Origin: Elusimicrobiota bacterium
GTDB lineage: Bacteria > Elusimicrobiota > Elusimicrobia > FEN-1173
Assembly: GCA_016706425.1 (NCBI GenBank)
Contig: JADJJR010000001.1
Location: 491,133 to 555,132, forward strand
Reading direction: 5' to 3'
DNA: 64,000 bases
Part shown: positions 45,401-56,900 of the stretch, piece after piece
Numbering within the stretch: the first letter of the stretch is position 1
How the letters are laid out: each line of letters opens with the position of its first letter
Notes under the pieces: generated by a model
What the model saw: only the letters and a program-made list of their open reading frames with translations
Told to the model about the DNA's origin: nothing
The model's database searches: none
Translations under genes and position numbers: made by a program

Positions 45401-46572
45401 ACCCATCGACGCGCATCGCCGCGGCGCTGGTCGTCTCCCTCGCCGTGGCCGGAACAAGTCCCCTCGCCGCGCCGTCGGCGGATCTGCGGGCGCCCGATCC
45501 CCGGCGCGACCGGTCCACGGTCCTGCGGGTCGGCCTGGCCGACGCCGCTCCCGAAATCGTCCTGGGTCCCGGGGCCTATCGCGTTCGGGCCAAGGGCCTG
45601 GACCGCGTCCACCGATGGAAAGACGAGCAACGCCTGCGTTTGACCGACCGGGGTTTCTCCCTGGGGAAAGTCCTCTGGTCCTCTCCCGTCGTCCTGAGCG
45701 CCCCAAAGGAGGACGACCCCGTCTTGATCAACCGGCGCCCCTACCGGGGAAAAGTGGAATTGGAACGGGTGGGGCGCGCGGTGCGAATCGTCAATGTCGT
45801 GGGGGTGGAGACCTATTTGCGGGGGGTTCTCCACATGGAAACCAACGAGGCCTGGCCCACCGAAGCGCTGAAAGCCCAGGCCGTCATCAGTCGGACCTAT
45901 GCCGTTTTGAACCGCGGCCGACACGGGAGCCGCGGCTACGATTTGTGCGCCACCCCCCATTGCCAGGCCTACGGCGGCGCGGCGGCGGAACGGCCCGCCA
46001 CCGACGCGGTCCTTCGCCGCACGCGCGGCGAGGTGGTCATGGACCGCAAAAAACGGTTGGTCAGCACGGTCTATCATTCCTGTTGCGGAGGCTCGACCGA
46101 ATCCGCCCAGAACGTCTGGCGGCACGCGGGGCAACCCCATCTCAAAGCGGCCCGTTGCGGCTGGTGCCGGGGTTCGCCCCACTATTTTTGGAAGGCGCGC
46201 GTTCCGACGGAACTGGTGACCGCTCGCCTGAACGCCGCCGGTTACGATTTGGGCGAGGTGCGCGCCATCGGCGTCCTCAGCCGGACCGGGACGGGGCGCG
46301 TGCACCGCTTTCGCGTGTACGGGCAAAAAAGGTCCCGGGACATTCCCGCCAACGAATTCCGCAACATCGTCGACCCGCGCCGAATCCGCAGCACGCTCAT
46401 CGCCGGAATCTCCAAGCTCGACGGGGCGTGGCAGTTTCACGGGCGCGGCTGGGGGCACGGTGTGGGGCTGTGCCAGTGGGGCATGAAGGAATTGGCCGAC
46501 CAAAGCATGGCCTACGGGCAGATTTTGCGCATTTATTACCGCGCGGTCGAGGTGCGCGATTGGAAGGATTGA
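45397..46572 (+). CDS. SpoIID/LytB-domain protein (lytic transglycosylase or amidase-enhancer family)
   Basis: A signal peptide is present. ...[39 protein letters not shown]...[14 protein letters not shown]...[19 protein letters not shown] is the SpoIID signature. Confidence 0.8.
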   Translation: MNPSTRIAAALVVSLAVAGTSPLAAPSADLRAPDPRRDRSTVLRVGLADAAPEIVLGPGAYRVRAKGLDRVHRWKDEQRLRLTDRGFSLGKVLWSSPVVLSAPKEDDPVLINRRPYRGKVELERVGRAVRIVNVVGVETYLRGVLHMETNEAWPTEALKAQAVISRTYAVLNRGRHGSRGYDLCATPHCQAYGGAAAERPATDAVLRRTRGEVVMDRKKRLVSTVYHSCCGGSTESAQNVWRHAGQPHLKAARCGWCRGSPHYFWKARVPTELVTARLNAAGYDLGEVRAIGVLSRTGTGRVHRFRVYGQKRSRDIPANEFRNIVDPRRIRSTLIAGISKLDGAWQFHGRGWGHGVGLCQWGMKELADQSMAYGQILRIYYRAVEVRDWKD

Positions 46573-47639
46573 CCCCCCCCGCCGCGGACTTGGGTTTTCC
46601 CGCTTTGCCCGAGGACTTGATCGCCCAGACCCCGTTGGCGGAGCGGGACGCGGCGCGCCTGTTGGTGGTCGATCGATCCACCGGGCGGCTGGACCACCGC
46701 GTGTTCCGTGACCTGCCCGACTGGTTGGCCCCCGGCGACGCTTTGGTTTTGAACGACGTGCGCGTGGCGCCCGTTCGGTTGCGGGGACGCAAGGGCACGG
46801 GCGGGAAAATCCAGTTTTTGCTGCTCGCGCGGTTTCCCGGGGGGGACGCGCGGTGGACGTCCCTGGTCACGCCGCGGCCGAAAGTCGGTCAAGCGGCCAC
46901 CCTGTCCGACGGAACGACCGTTCGTGTCGCCGCCGCGCGCCCCGAGGGGGAATACGAGCTGGTGTTCGATCGTCCCCCGGACCTGGAGCGGTGCGGGGAA
47001 GTCCCCCTGCCGCCCTACATCAAGCGGCCGACGGGCGACGCCCCCGGCGATCGGGAGTACTATCAAAACGTTTACGCCCGGGCGACGGCCGCGGAGTATC
47101 CCGCCGCCGGACCGGCGGCGCCGCTCCCCCCGGGGGCCGTGGCCGCGCCGACCGCGGGGCTCCATTTCACCCCGGCTTTGTTGAAAAAAATTGAGGACGC
47201 CGGGGTCGATGTGGTCCGTGTGACCCTGTGGGTCGGCTGGGGCACCTTCCGCCCGGTGACCGCTTCCGATTACCGGGCCCACCCAATGCTGCCCGAACTT
47301 TACCGAGTGACCGAGGACGCCGCCCGGCGGATCAACGCCGCCCGGTCCGCCGGGCGCCGCGTTTGGGCGGTGGGCACCACCGTGGTCCGCACGTTGGAAT
47401 CGGCGTTCCGGGGCGGGGCGGTTGTTCCCGAAACGGCCGAAGCGCGCCTTTTTATCACCCCCGGCCACAGGTTTCGATCCGTCGATCGATTGGTGACCAA
47501 CTTCCACATGCCGGGGCACACCCCGTTGCTGTTGACCGCGGCTTTCACGGGCGTTCCCCTCCTCCGTTCCGCCTACCAAGAAGCCATGGACCGTCGCTAC
47601 CGTTTCCTTTCTTACGGCGACGCCATGGCCGTCCTTTAA
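46569..47639 (+). CDS. queA: S-adenosylmethionine:tRNA ribosyltransferase-isomerase QueA
   Basis: RLLVVDRSTGRLDHRVFRDLPDWLAPGDALVLNDVRV, ...LPPYIKRP... and ...AAPTAGLHFT...VTLWVGWGTF..V are QueA hallmarks. The TTG start overlaps the upstream stop. The track ORF 45615..47639 has a spurious 318-codon N-terminal extension. Confidence 0.85.
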   Translation: MTPPAADLGFPALPEDLIAQTPLAERDAARLLVVDRSTGRLDHRVFRDLPDWLAPGDALVLNDVRVAPVRLRGRKGTGGKIQFLLLARFPGGDARWTSLVTPRPKVGQAATLSDGTTVRVAAARPEGEYELVFDRPPDLERCGEVPLPPYIKRPTGDAPGDREYYQNVYARATAAEYPAAGPAAPLPPGAVAAPTAGLHFTPALLKKIEDAGVDVVRVTLWVGWGTFRPVTASDYRAHPMLPELYRVTEDAARRINAARSAGRRVWAVGTTVVRTLESAFRGGAVVPETAEARLFITPGHRFRSVDRLVTNFHMPGHTPLLLTAAFTGVPLLRSAYQEAMDRRYRFLSYGDAMAVL

Positions 47640-47777
47640 ACAAACGCGTTCTTTTTAACGGCACGCTCGCCCACACCGGCGGGAATATTGTTTACAACTT
47701 ATTTACATTTCCAAAAGGTCATCTTAAGGGCGGTTGGGTTTAATAGGGGTGTCGGGAAGGCGTCCAAGGAGGCCTTT

Positions 47778-47990
47778 ATGGGAAACACCACGATCGAAAA
47801 TACCTCTTGCAAAGAACCCCAAATCGCTTATCTTTGGATCAACGGTCCTCGACGGCGAATCCATCCGGTGGACGCCGACCTGCCCCTTCCGTTGGGGCGC
47901 GGCGTCGGCGGGAGCGGGATCTGTCGCCTTTGTGAAAAATTATTGACACCTTTTTATGCGGACAAACGAGACAAAAACCAAGTCCATTAA
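47778..47990 (+). CDS. Speculative small ORF (70 aa) with a strong Shine-Dalgarno, immediately upstream of and overlapping the start of the giant plus-strand gene
   Basis: AGGAGG lies 6 nt before the ATG. The product is MGNTTIENTSCKEPQIAYLWINGPRRRIHPVDADLPLPLGRGVGGSGICRLCEKLLTPFYADKRDKNQVH. It lies in a lower-GC intergenic region, has no homolog recognised and could be non-coding. Confidence 0.2.
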   Translation: MGNTTIENTSCKEPQIAYLWINGPRRRIHPVDADLPLPLGRGVGGSGICRLCEKLLTPFYADKRDKNQVH

Positions 47991-50900
47991 CCTTCATCGG
48001 CGTATAACGGCGGGCGGCCTGGCGGTCGCCTACGTTTTTAGCAACGTCGTTGGCGCCCACGCCGCGGAAGCGAGCGTGTGGAAGGAGCGCCGCGCGGCCG
48101 CCGTTCGGCAGCGCGCCGCCGGGGCCCAATACGCCCGTCTGCCCGGGGGATTGGCCTCCCCGGCGACCGACGCCATTTTCCCCACCCGACCCTCAACCCT
48201 GTTCCCGACCGACAACCCGCCCGGGACGGAAGAAAACGCCCCCCTGTCTCCGGCGGCGACCCGGGCCTTCGGCTGGTTGCCGGCGGCGGTGACTGCCCAC
48301 GGCGAAATCCGGCGGTTGCATGTGGCCCCCGGGGCGAACACGCCGGTGGTCATTCACCTGCAGGACGTGCACGAAATCGAAGAGGCGCAGCGCCACCTCG
48401 GGGGATTGGTGGAAGCGTTGTCCGCCGCGCGGCGCGCCGACGTGGTGGGCCTCGAAGGCGCCGTCGGCGCATTCAATTTAACCCCCTATCGCGCCGCGTC
48501 CCCCGACGTGGCCCGCGCCCTGGCCGGTGAATTTGTCCGCCTGGGTTACCTCACGGGACCCGAAGCCGCCGCCGTCGCGGCCCCCCGGTCCCCGACCCTT
48601 TGGGGGGTGGAGGACGCCGCCCTCTACAAAAAACACGTGGATGCTTTCGTCGCGTCGGAGCGGACGCGCGCCGTTTTCCTCAAACGCCTTGAGGCGCTGG
48701 ACGCCTCGGCCGCGGCCTTGCGCGGCCGGGTTTACCCCCCGGCCCTGCGCGCCTTGGACGACCGTCGCCTGGCCCACCTTGCGAAAAAGGAATCCCTGGG
48801 GGAATACACCCAATCCCTCTGGGCGGTCGCGGCCGACAAGGCCCGATTTCCGAACGTCGAGCGGTTGGTGAAGGTTTTGATGGAGGAAAAACGCCTCGAT
48901 TTTAAACGGGTGGAAGCGGAGCGGCAGGTCCTTATAGAGGCGTTGGTGCGGGTTCTTTCCCCGGCCGCCCTCGACCGCCTCATCAACCAAAGCCTGCGTT
49001 TCCGGGCCGGCGCGATGACCCACGGCCGATACTTCGCGTTTCTCCAGAATTTCTGCCGGGATCACGGCCTGCGCCTCGCCGCTTACCCGGCCCTTAACGC
49101 CTACATCGCCTACAGCCTATCGGCCGAAACGATTCACCGCGAACGGCTTTTGGAGGAGTTGGACGCCCTGGAACGGACCGCCCTGAAGGGTCTTGCCACC
49201 ACGGACGAGGCCCGGCGTCTTGTGGCGGCCCGCCGCGGTTTGGTTTTGCTTGAGAAACTCGCCCGCCACACCCTGACGCCCGCGGAGTGGGACGCCTATC
49301 GCGGGGACCGCGACGCCCTGCGTCAAATTCCAACCATCCTGGCCGGGTTGACGGGGAAAGGCGCCGAGGCCGAATTGCCCGAGGACTTGCTGGCCCCCTT
49401 CGAAGGTTTTTGCGCCGCCGCGTTGGAGCGCAACCGCGCCCTGGCCGAGAACCTCTTGAATAAAATGAAGGTTGAAAAAGCCTCGACCGGGGTGTTGGTC
49501 ACGGGAGGGTTTCACACGGCGGGCTTGTCCGAGATTTTGCGTGAAAAAGGCGTGTCGTTCGCCGTGGTCGCGCCGCGCTTGTCCCGTGTTCCCGAGGCGT
49601 CCCGCCCGCTGGACGTCTTCGCCCGCGCGCCGCTCCCCATCGAGACGCTGCTCGCCGGGGACGTCATCAATTTGGCCTACGCGCCGCTCACCCAAGTGGA
49701 GGGGACGCTGGCCGACGTCCCCCAGGGGGACGCCCGGCGGCAGGCGGCGGAAGCCCTGTGGGACACGCTTGATTCATTCCTTGGCGAAGTCAAAACCGGT
49801 TTCCAAGGCGAAGACCAAGCCCGGTTTGAGACCTGGGCCTCGGGGTTCAAGTCCATCAAGGCCGTGACCGCCCGGCCCGTAAAATTCCGCGAAACGCTCG
49901 ACGCCGTTTCCATCTATCTTGAGACGCGGTCGGGGGTGCAAAAACCCTTTGTTGTGCTGGCGGCGCCTTTGGGGGGCGAAGAAAGTTTTCCCGCCGCGAC
50001 CCCGGTCTACAGCGGTCGGTTCGCGCTGGATGGAATGGAGGCGAACGTCCGGGTTTACGATGCGCAAGACATTCCCCGCGGCGATTTGGGCGCGGTCGCC
50101 TGGGTGGACGCGGCGTCCGCTCTGCCCCGCCGTTTGTTTGCCGCGCTGCGGCGTCAGATCAACCTTCGCCGTTTGACGTCGGAGGAGCGCCGCATCGAAA
50201 GGGCCCACCGCGTCGCGATCGAAGAGGTTTCGAGGAAGAACGGCATCCCCGTCGAGAAATTGAGTCCTATTTTGGGCCACATCCGGCGCACGCGGGACCT
50301 GGTTTTGCGTTTGGGGGAAGAGCAAAACCTCCCCCTCGTGGACCGACAAATTCTTGCCGTGGCGGCCGCCGCCCACGACATGGGCAAGTTTCACGAAGAT
50401 TGCGCGGAAAGTATATTGGAAAAGCGGTACCACGAGCGCGGGTCGGCGGCGCACAGGGCGCTCGCCGCCCACGAGGAAGCGGTGTTTGAAATGTTGGCCC
50501 GGCACCAATTGAATCTGGGGCCGGACGCTGAATTGGTCCTTCGCGCCCACAGCGCCATCGGACCGCTGGGCCAACACCCGCCGAACGCCATCGAGGGCAT
50601 GACCGAACGCCACGTCCGAATGGCGTTGATCCTCGCCATGGCCGACGTCGGGGACGGTTACCGGGACATGAACCGCGATTATTTGAGAACCCGAATTGAG
50701 ACGGCCGGCTTCCCGGACACGACGGCCCTTTCGACGGAATTTCAAAAGTACGTCCGGGGAGCGGACCGCGGCGGGTTCGGCGGCGCCGCTTCCACCGCCC
50801 AGGCCGCCTTCCAAGAAACGCTGGGTCGCGGCTGGTTCGGCGTGGCCACGGAGCGGACCCTGATCGATCACGCGGTGCGCACGGTCGAAGAGGGGTTGGC

Positions 50901-53900
50901 CGCGGGGACCGATCCAAGCGACGCTCGTCGGTTGGCGCTGACGGTCGCGGCCGTTCAGAAATACAATCTCCCCGGTCTCGCCACGCCCCCGGATGTTTGG
51001 TGGCCACGGCTCGTGGAGTCCCTTTGGCTGCGGGGCGCCACGGGAGCCCCCCGCGGGGAACGTCTCGGGGCCCTGCGGGAAGAGATCAAAAAAGTCGTTG
51101 AGGGGAATCCTTCTCTGGACGCCCTGGGGTTGGACCTGCTGACTCTTTCCCTCCTGTCGCCCGACCGCGTCATCGGGTCCGCCCTCTGGAAAACCCGCGC
51201 CGAAGCGGAATCCTCCGAGACCGGGTTTGTTGAGTCGGTGCGGGGGGAACTTTCGGACGCGGAATACGAACAGATCCGATTCGTTTTAACTTTGACGATT
51301 CAAAACATCCTTCAACACGGGGCTTTTGATCCCCGAACACCGGTGGCCTTGACGGTCTCGCGCAAGGCCGGGTATCTCGTGATCGAGGCGTCCAACGGTT
51401 CTTTCTCCGAATTGCCGCTCCATCCCGACGCGGGCGCGCGAAAGACTCCGTCGGATACGATCACCTTGCCCGGCCGCGTCTACACCAAAACATCCTCCTT
51501 GCTTTTTGGGTTAATGGCCGATGAAAATCTACGGGGGCCCAGCACCAACGACGGGGAAGGGACGTCTTACGTGATCGGCGAGGTTCGTCAAAGCCCGGGG
51601 CCGGTCTCCCGGAAAGCCCTGTGGAGCGATTCCGGTCCCGTGATTAAACGTGCGGAGGGGGCGCCGCTGCGCAAAGTGTCATTCACTTACGTGGCTCCGG
51701 TGATAGAGGCGGACACGCCGACGGCGGTCTCTCTTTTAATGGCGGACGAAGCGTGGAAAAGCGCCGAGAACGCCGCGATCGCTTGGCGGACCGCGCTGGA
51801 CAACCAATTTTTGAAGAATCTGAGCGATCGGGACCGGGAAATGCGAATCGAGGAAATCTTCAACACGCTAACGTCTCTGCGGTCGCGTTTCCCCGACATC
51901 GATCGGTTCAACCTGGAAGCGGAAACGTTGTCTTTGGCCCGTGGGCCCGTGACTCTGTTGGAATGGACGGGCGCGGGTCATGCCGTGGCGGCCAAACGCG
52001 GTGAAATGGAAAACGCCCCCGACCTGGCGCGCCTCGCCCGCGTGGTGCCGACTTTGAACCTGTACCGGTTTTCCAAAATCTTGGAACAGCCCCTGGACAA
52101 TATCGCCCAGCACGGGGACCCCAATGGACCGGCGGCGGTCCGTCTGGTGTTCAATCGCGGCGCCCTCTCTTTGACGGTGTCCAACAGGACCTCGGAACCC
52201 CTTCCGGCGGAATTGGCGGCCGTTCTGTTAAAAACGCACACGCCGGCCGATGAGACCCCCCGTTTTCCCCGGGGACCGCGGTCCGGCCACGGCATCGGGG
52301 CGGCGAGCATGATCATCATGGCCAAGGGACTTTTCGCGCCCGAGGCGCAAGAGCGGCACGCGCGGGACATCCGCATCCGGTTCGCCCGGGAGGAACAGGG
52401 GGACCAGGCCCTGTTTACAACCGCGGTGGATATTCCGGCCCTGCCCCTCGGGGATTCCCAAACAAACACCAACGACGGCCAATCCGGCGCCGCGGCGGTG
52501 GCCCGTTGGTTGAACGATCACCGCGCCGAATTCCGTTTGGTGGCCACGGTCGCCAAAGCGAGCCGTGACACGGACGCGGCCATAACCACCGAGCGGGGGT
52601 CCCAAGGCTACACCGCCGTTGCGCTCCATCCTTATCCGGTGTGGCGCCACCGCGCCAAACTCGATGAACTGGTGGCCGGTTTGGAAGCGGCCGCCCCGGC
52701 CTTAACGGAACCCGGCCTTTTGCGGAACGAATGGCGGGCGCTTCTCTGGCGGGAGTTGGGGCACGCGCGCGCCGCGATCGGACCCGCCGAACCGACCGCG
52801 CCCGGGGCCGCCATCCGACTGGTGGGGGGCGACCTGTCGTCCGCGGAACACGCGCGGGTCAACCGGGCCATCCAGGCCCTCATCAAAGCGGGAAAAGCGG
52901 CGGCCGTTTACGGGGATCGCCCCGGGGTTCAAGAAAACGACAAAGCCCTCGCGACCTTGTCCCCCGCCGAGGCGACCGACGGTTTCGTCCTGGGGTTGCG
53001 CGGGATTTTGCGCCACGCTTTCGACACCGGGGAATGGCCCTCGGATTTCGATTTGATCGTGGTGGAGGGGGACATCCCGGCGGATGTGGCTTTGCACCCC
53101 GGCCATCGTCGCCACCAGGCCTATTTGCCCCGGGCCCTCTTTGACGGGTTGAGGAACCTGCTCCCCACGCTTTCCGGGCGTGCCGACCGAGAGAGCTTCT
53201 GGGAATTGATCCGGGAAATGATTCGCCACGAAATGGAACACATCCGCCACTTTGAAAAAACGGGGAAACCGGGGGGGGAGTCCGCGGTCGACGCGGTGGC
53301 CGCGTCCTCGCGGCCGCGGGCGCTCTTCCGGGTTTTGCACAGCGCGGTGGCCGCGCGGGCGGCGGGGGCCGCGCCGCGGTGGGACAATTTTTTTGACCGT
53401 TTTCGCGGAGAACGGACTTCTTATTTGCACGCCTACCTCCACCTGACGCCGGACCAACACCTGGCCATGGCCACGACCCTGGTCCGGCGGCAATACACCC
53501 GGGAAGACCGGGTCTTGGCGCAGCTTCACCTGGGGGCTGTGTTCGGCGGGTCCGACCCCTGGTCCGTCGTGTTCAAGAAAGCGCTCGCCCTGCTTAAAAA
53601 GAAGAACCTCGTCGACCAGGACCCCGAAACGGGAGACGCGTTCCCTCTCTGGAAGTTCGTTCAAGAATTGACCCGCCAGCACGCCCTGATCCGCGATCCG
53701 CGTCCGATCGGTGAAATCAACGTGATCGCGCAATCCCTGGACCAGTTCGACCCCTGGACACGGGGGGACGACGCCCGCGTCGGCGATTCCCTGCGGTTCC
53801 CCGGCCCCGGTCAATCGATGGCTTTGCCGTTGACGCGGGAGCAATTTGAAAAGCTCTTGGCGGACGGATGGTCGTCGATGAAAACCGCCGACCGGGCGGC

Positions 53901-56900
53901 GTTGTTGGCCCGGGTGTCGTACAACGAGGAAGGCCATTTACGAATAACGCGGGAGGATCTGGATCTGCTGGGCCGGCCGCTCGAGAAATTGAGCCTGGCG
54001 TCCCGGAGCGCGGCCGGTAAAGGCACGCGCTACGCGCGGGAAGATTTCGATGAGACGGGCCAAAAAATCATCCTCGACATCGCCAAGGGTGTTTACACCG
54101 TGCCGGTCGAAGAAGGCTCGCCCCGGGGGATCCTGGAGATCGTTTTGGCCCAGGCGCGGGCCCGCAACCTCGAGACCGGGGCGGGTTTCGAGGTGGATGT
54201 CCACACCAGCCATTTGACCGACCAACAAATCCGCTTAGAGCTCATCCGGCTCGGCTACGAGCCCAATTTCATGGAACGCTTCATGCCCGGATTTGTTCTC
54301 GAAAACCTGCCGGAATGGTTGTACACGCCCGGACTGTACACGCACCCCGCCGAAGGCTCCGCGCCGGTGAAAGTGCTTCGGGTGCGGGAAGCCCATCTCT
54401 TGGACGCGCGGTCCGGCGACTTTTACAAACACAGCGTGCCGGACCTCGATCTGTTGGAGGTGATGTGGCCCGACGCCCACGACACATCCTTCATCGACTT
54501 CATCGTCAGCGGACGGGCTTACGAGGTGTTCAAGCAAGGCAAACGTTTTCAGTTCATCGCCAACATCGACAACTTGGCGGCGGTCCCCTCCCCGGCGTTG
54601 CTCGCGGTGATGCGCCTGACCGGCGCCCCGCTCATCAACGAAGTCGCCCAAAAGCCGAAAGGCGCCAAGGGCGGTTCGGCCATCAAGTTTAGAGCGGGGC
54701 GGGTCCCGGGACCGGTCAATTTCGGCCAGCGGCGGGGTTTGGCCGAAGAGTTCCAGTTCGACGCGGCCTTCTTAAAGGGGTTGTCCCCCGATGAGGCTTC
54801 GGCCTATTTCCCGATGTTCAATACGGCCAACTACGTGGTCGACATCGCGCAATTCTCACGACGGTTCTTCAACGCCCCGGACGCCACGGAATCGGATGTC
54901 GAAGGGATGCTCAAGCGGTTTTACGACGCGCGCAACGACCCGGAGGAACTGCTGGCGATGCGGTTTGATTTGATCAACGATTACCGCCGCCAGACCCAGT
55001 TGTGGGAAAAAGACAAAACCCACCCCGCCCTCCAACCGGCGAGCTTGGCGGGCATGGTGACCTGGCGGGTTCCGACGCTCTTTGTGGAGGTGCCGGCGGG
55101 CGTGGCCGGGGGCTCGGATTCGCGTTTCGAACCCTTAAAAGAGAACATCGATAATTTCACCGCGAACCTCGCCCTGGTGGAACGTTTGGCGGGGGCCGGG
55201 CTTTCCGCCGGGACCCCGGTCGAGACCCTGCGCCCCGACGGCCTCTCCCCGGCCGACGCCGCCCGGTGGAAAAGTCTGGTGACGAAATTCAAAGGCAAGA
55301 CGTTGACGCAGGCGCAAGCGGATTTGGCGTCCAACGTCCGCTCGATTCGGGATTCCTTGGCCCGGGTCGCCGGCAAGCAAGCGCGGGACTACGCGGTCGG
55401 GCCCCCTCCCGCGGCGCCAAAGCCCCGGGCTCCCCCGATCGAACCGATCATCCCGGATTTGGGGGCCGTGAGCGCGGACATCGACCCTCTCGGCAAACTG
55501 AACCAGAGCATTCACAGCCTGAAGAGCATCGGGGACGTGGTTCTTCCCTCCGATCACCCGCTTTACGACCGGGGCGTTCCCCGGGACTTCGAAGTCCACC
55601 TGATCGGCGGCAAGGGCAATTTTCAATATGTGTTCAACGGTCCCTTCGGCCGCGTCCGCGCCCACGCCAGCGGTTTGACGTCCAAGAACAGCGACGATCC
55701 CCGGAAAATCCTTTACGTCGCCCAGGCTTATTTTGATGAGAACTTCGTCCAAGTCCCGGACCGCGTGGCCGCCGATCTGATCCGGGAGACGGACCGGTTT
55801 GATAAGTGGTGGCAAGCGACCCACCCTCCGTTGGAAGGCGCCGGTGATTTCGTCGGCTGGCTGGGGGCCTGGGCGCGAAAATTGCTCACCAACGTCGATT
55901 CCGGTCTCGAAGGCGGCGTCCAGGTGGCGCGTCCACAAGACGCGGCCATCCACGGGGAGGTCGTGCACATTTCCTACGAGGGCCCCTTTTGGGGGGCGGG
56001 GGGGGTGCAGGACGTCGTCACGGAACTGTTGCCGGAATTATCGCGGCAAGGGGTCAAAACCCGTCTTTTCGTTCCTCTTCATCAATTGGGTGTTTCGCGG
56101 GAGGTTCGTGACCTCTTCTTGAGCCGGGGGGTGGAGGGGGTGTCCCAATTCCCCTTGACCCGGGGCAAACACACCCACACCGCCCTGCGGGTAACGACGG
56201 TGGTTGTGGACGGAAAAACTTTTGGCGTTTACGAAACGGAATTCGAGGGCGTGACCGTGAATTTCATCGCCCACCCCGAAATGTTCTCGAATGGCTACGA
56301 GGGCCAGGAAGCCTTTTGGTCGAACGTCCCCGCGGACGTGCGCGAGCGGGTGGCGAACGGGGAAGCGGTGGAATCCTTCCGGTGGGCCTACGCCGGGAAA
56401 GAATACGACGCCCGCCTTCTTCGAACGGCCACGGTGGACGGTCGGGGGTCCTTTGTGTACCGGACCAACTACGGCGGGAAGGAAATCGATTTCGCCGGAT
56501 CCGTCGAGATGTTCCGGGCGCAGCGCACCACACGGGACCTTTATTGGGAAGCCACGTTGTTCTCGGCGGTTTCCGTCCGAGCGATGGAGGCCTTGAATCT
56601 GAAGCCCAGCGTCGTCCAGGCCCACGATTGGCAAGCCGCACAGGCCCTGGCGTACGTTCGAGGACACGCCCCGACCCGGGCGATTCCCGGGCGACGGGCG
56701 TTCCGGGTGGCGGTCAGTGACCGGTACGGGCACGAGCTTTTGACGGAACTGGGCAGCGGGGAGCTGGTCGGGGTTTTCCGCGAAGACGAAGAGGGCCTTT
56801 TGGGCATCACCAACGGGATCAGCCACAAAGGTTGGGACCCCGCCCAGCCCAAGCCCCGTCGGCAACAGCCGGCCCCGGAGGAGAACAAGCCGGTCTTGCT

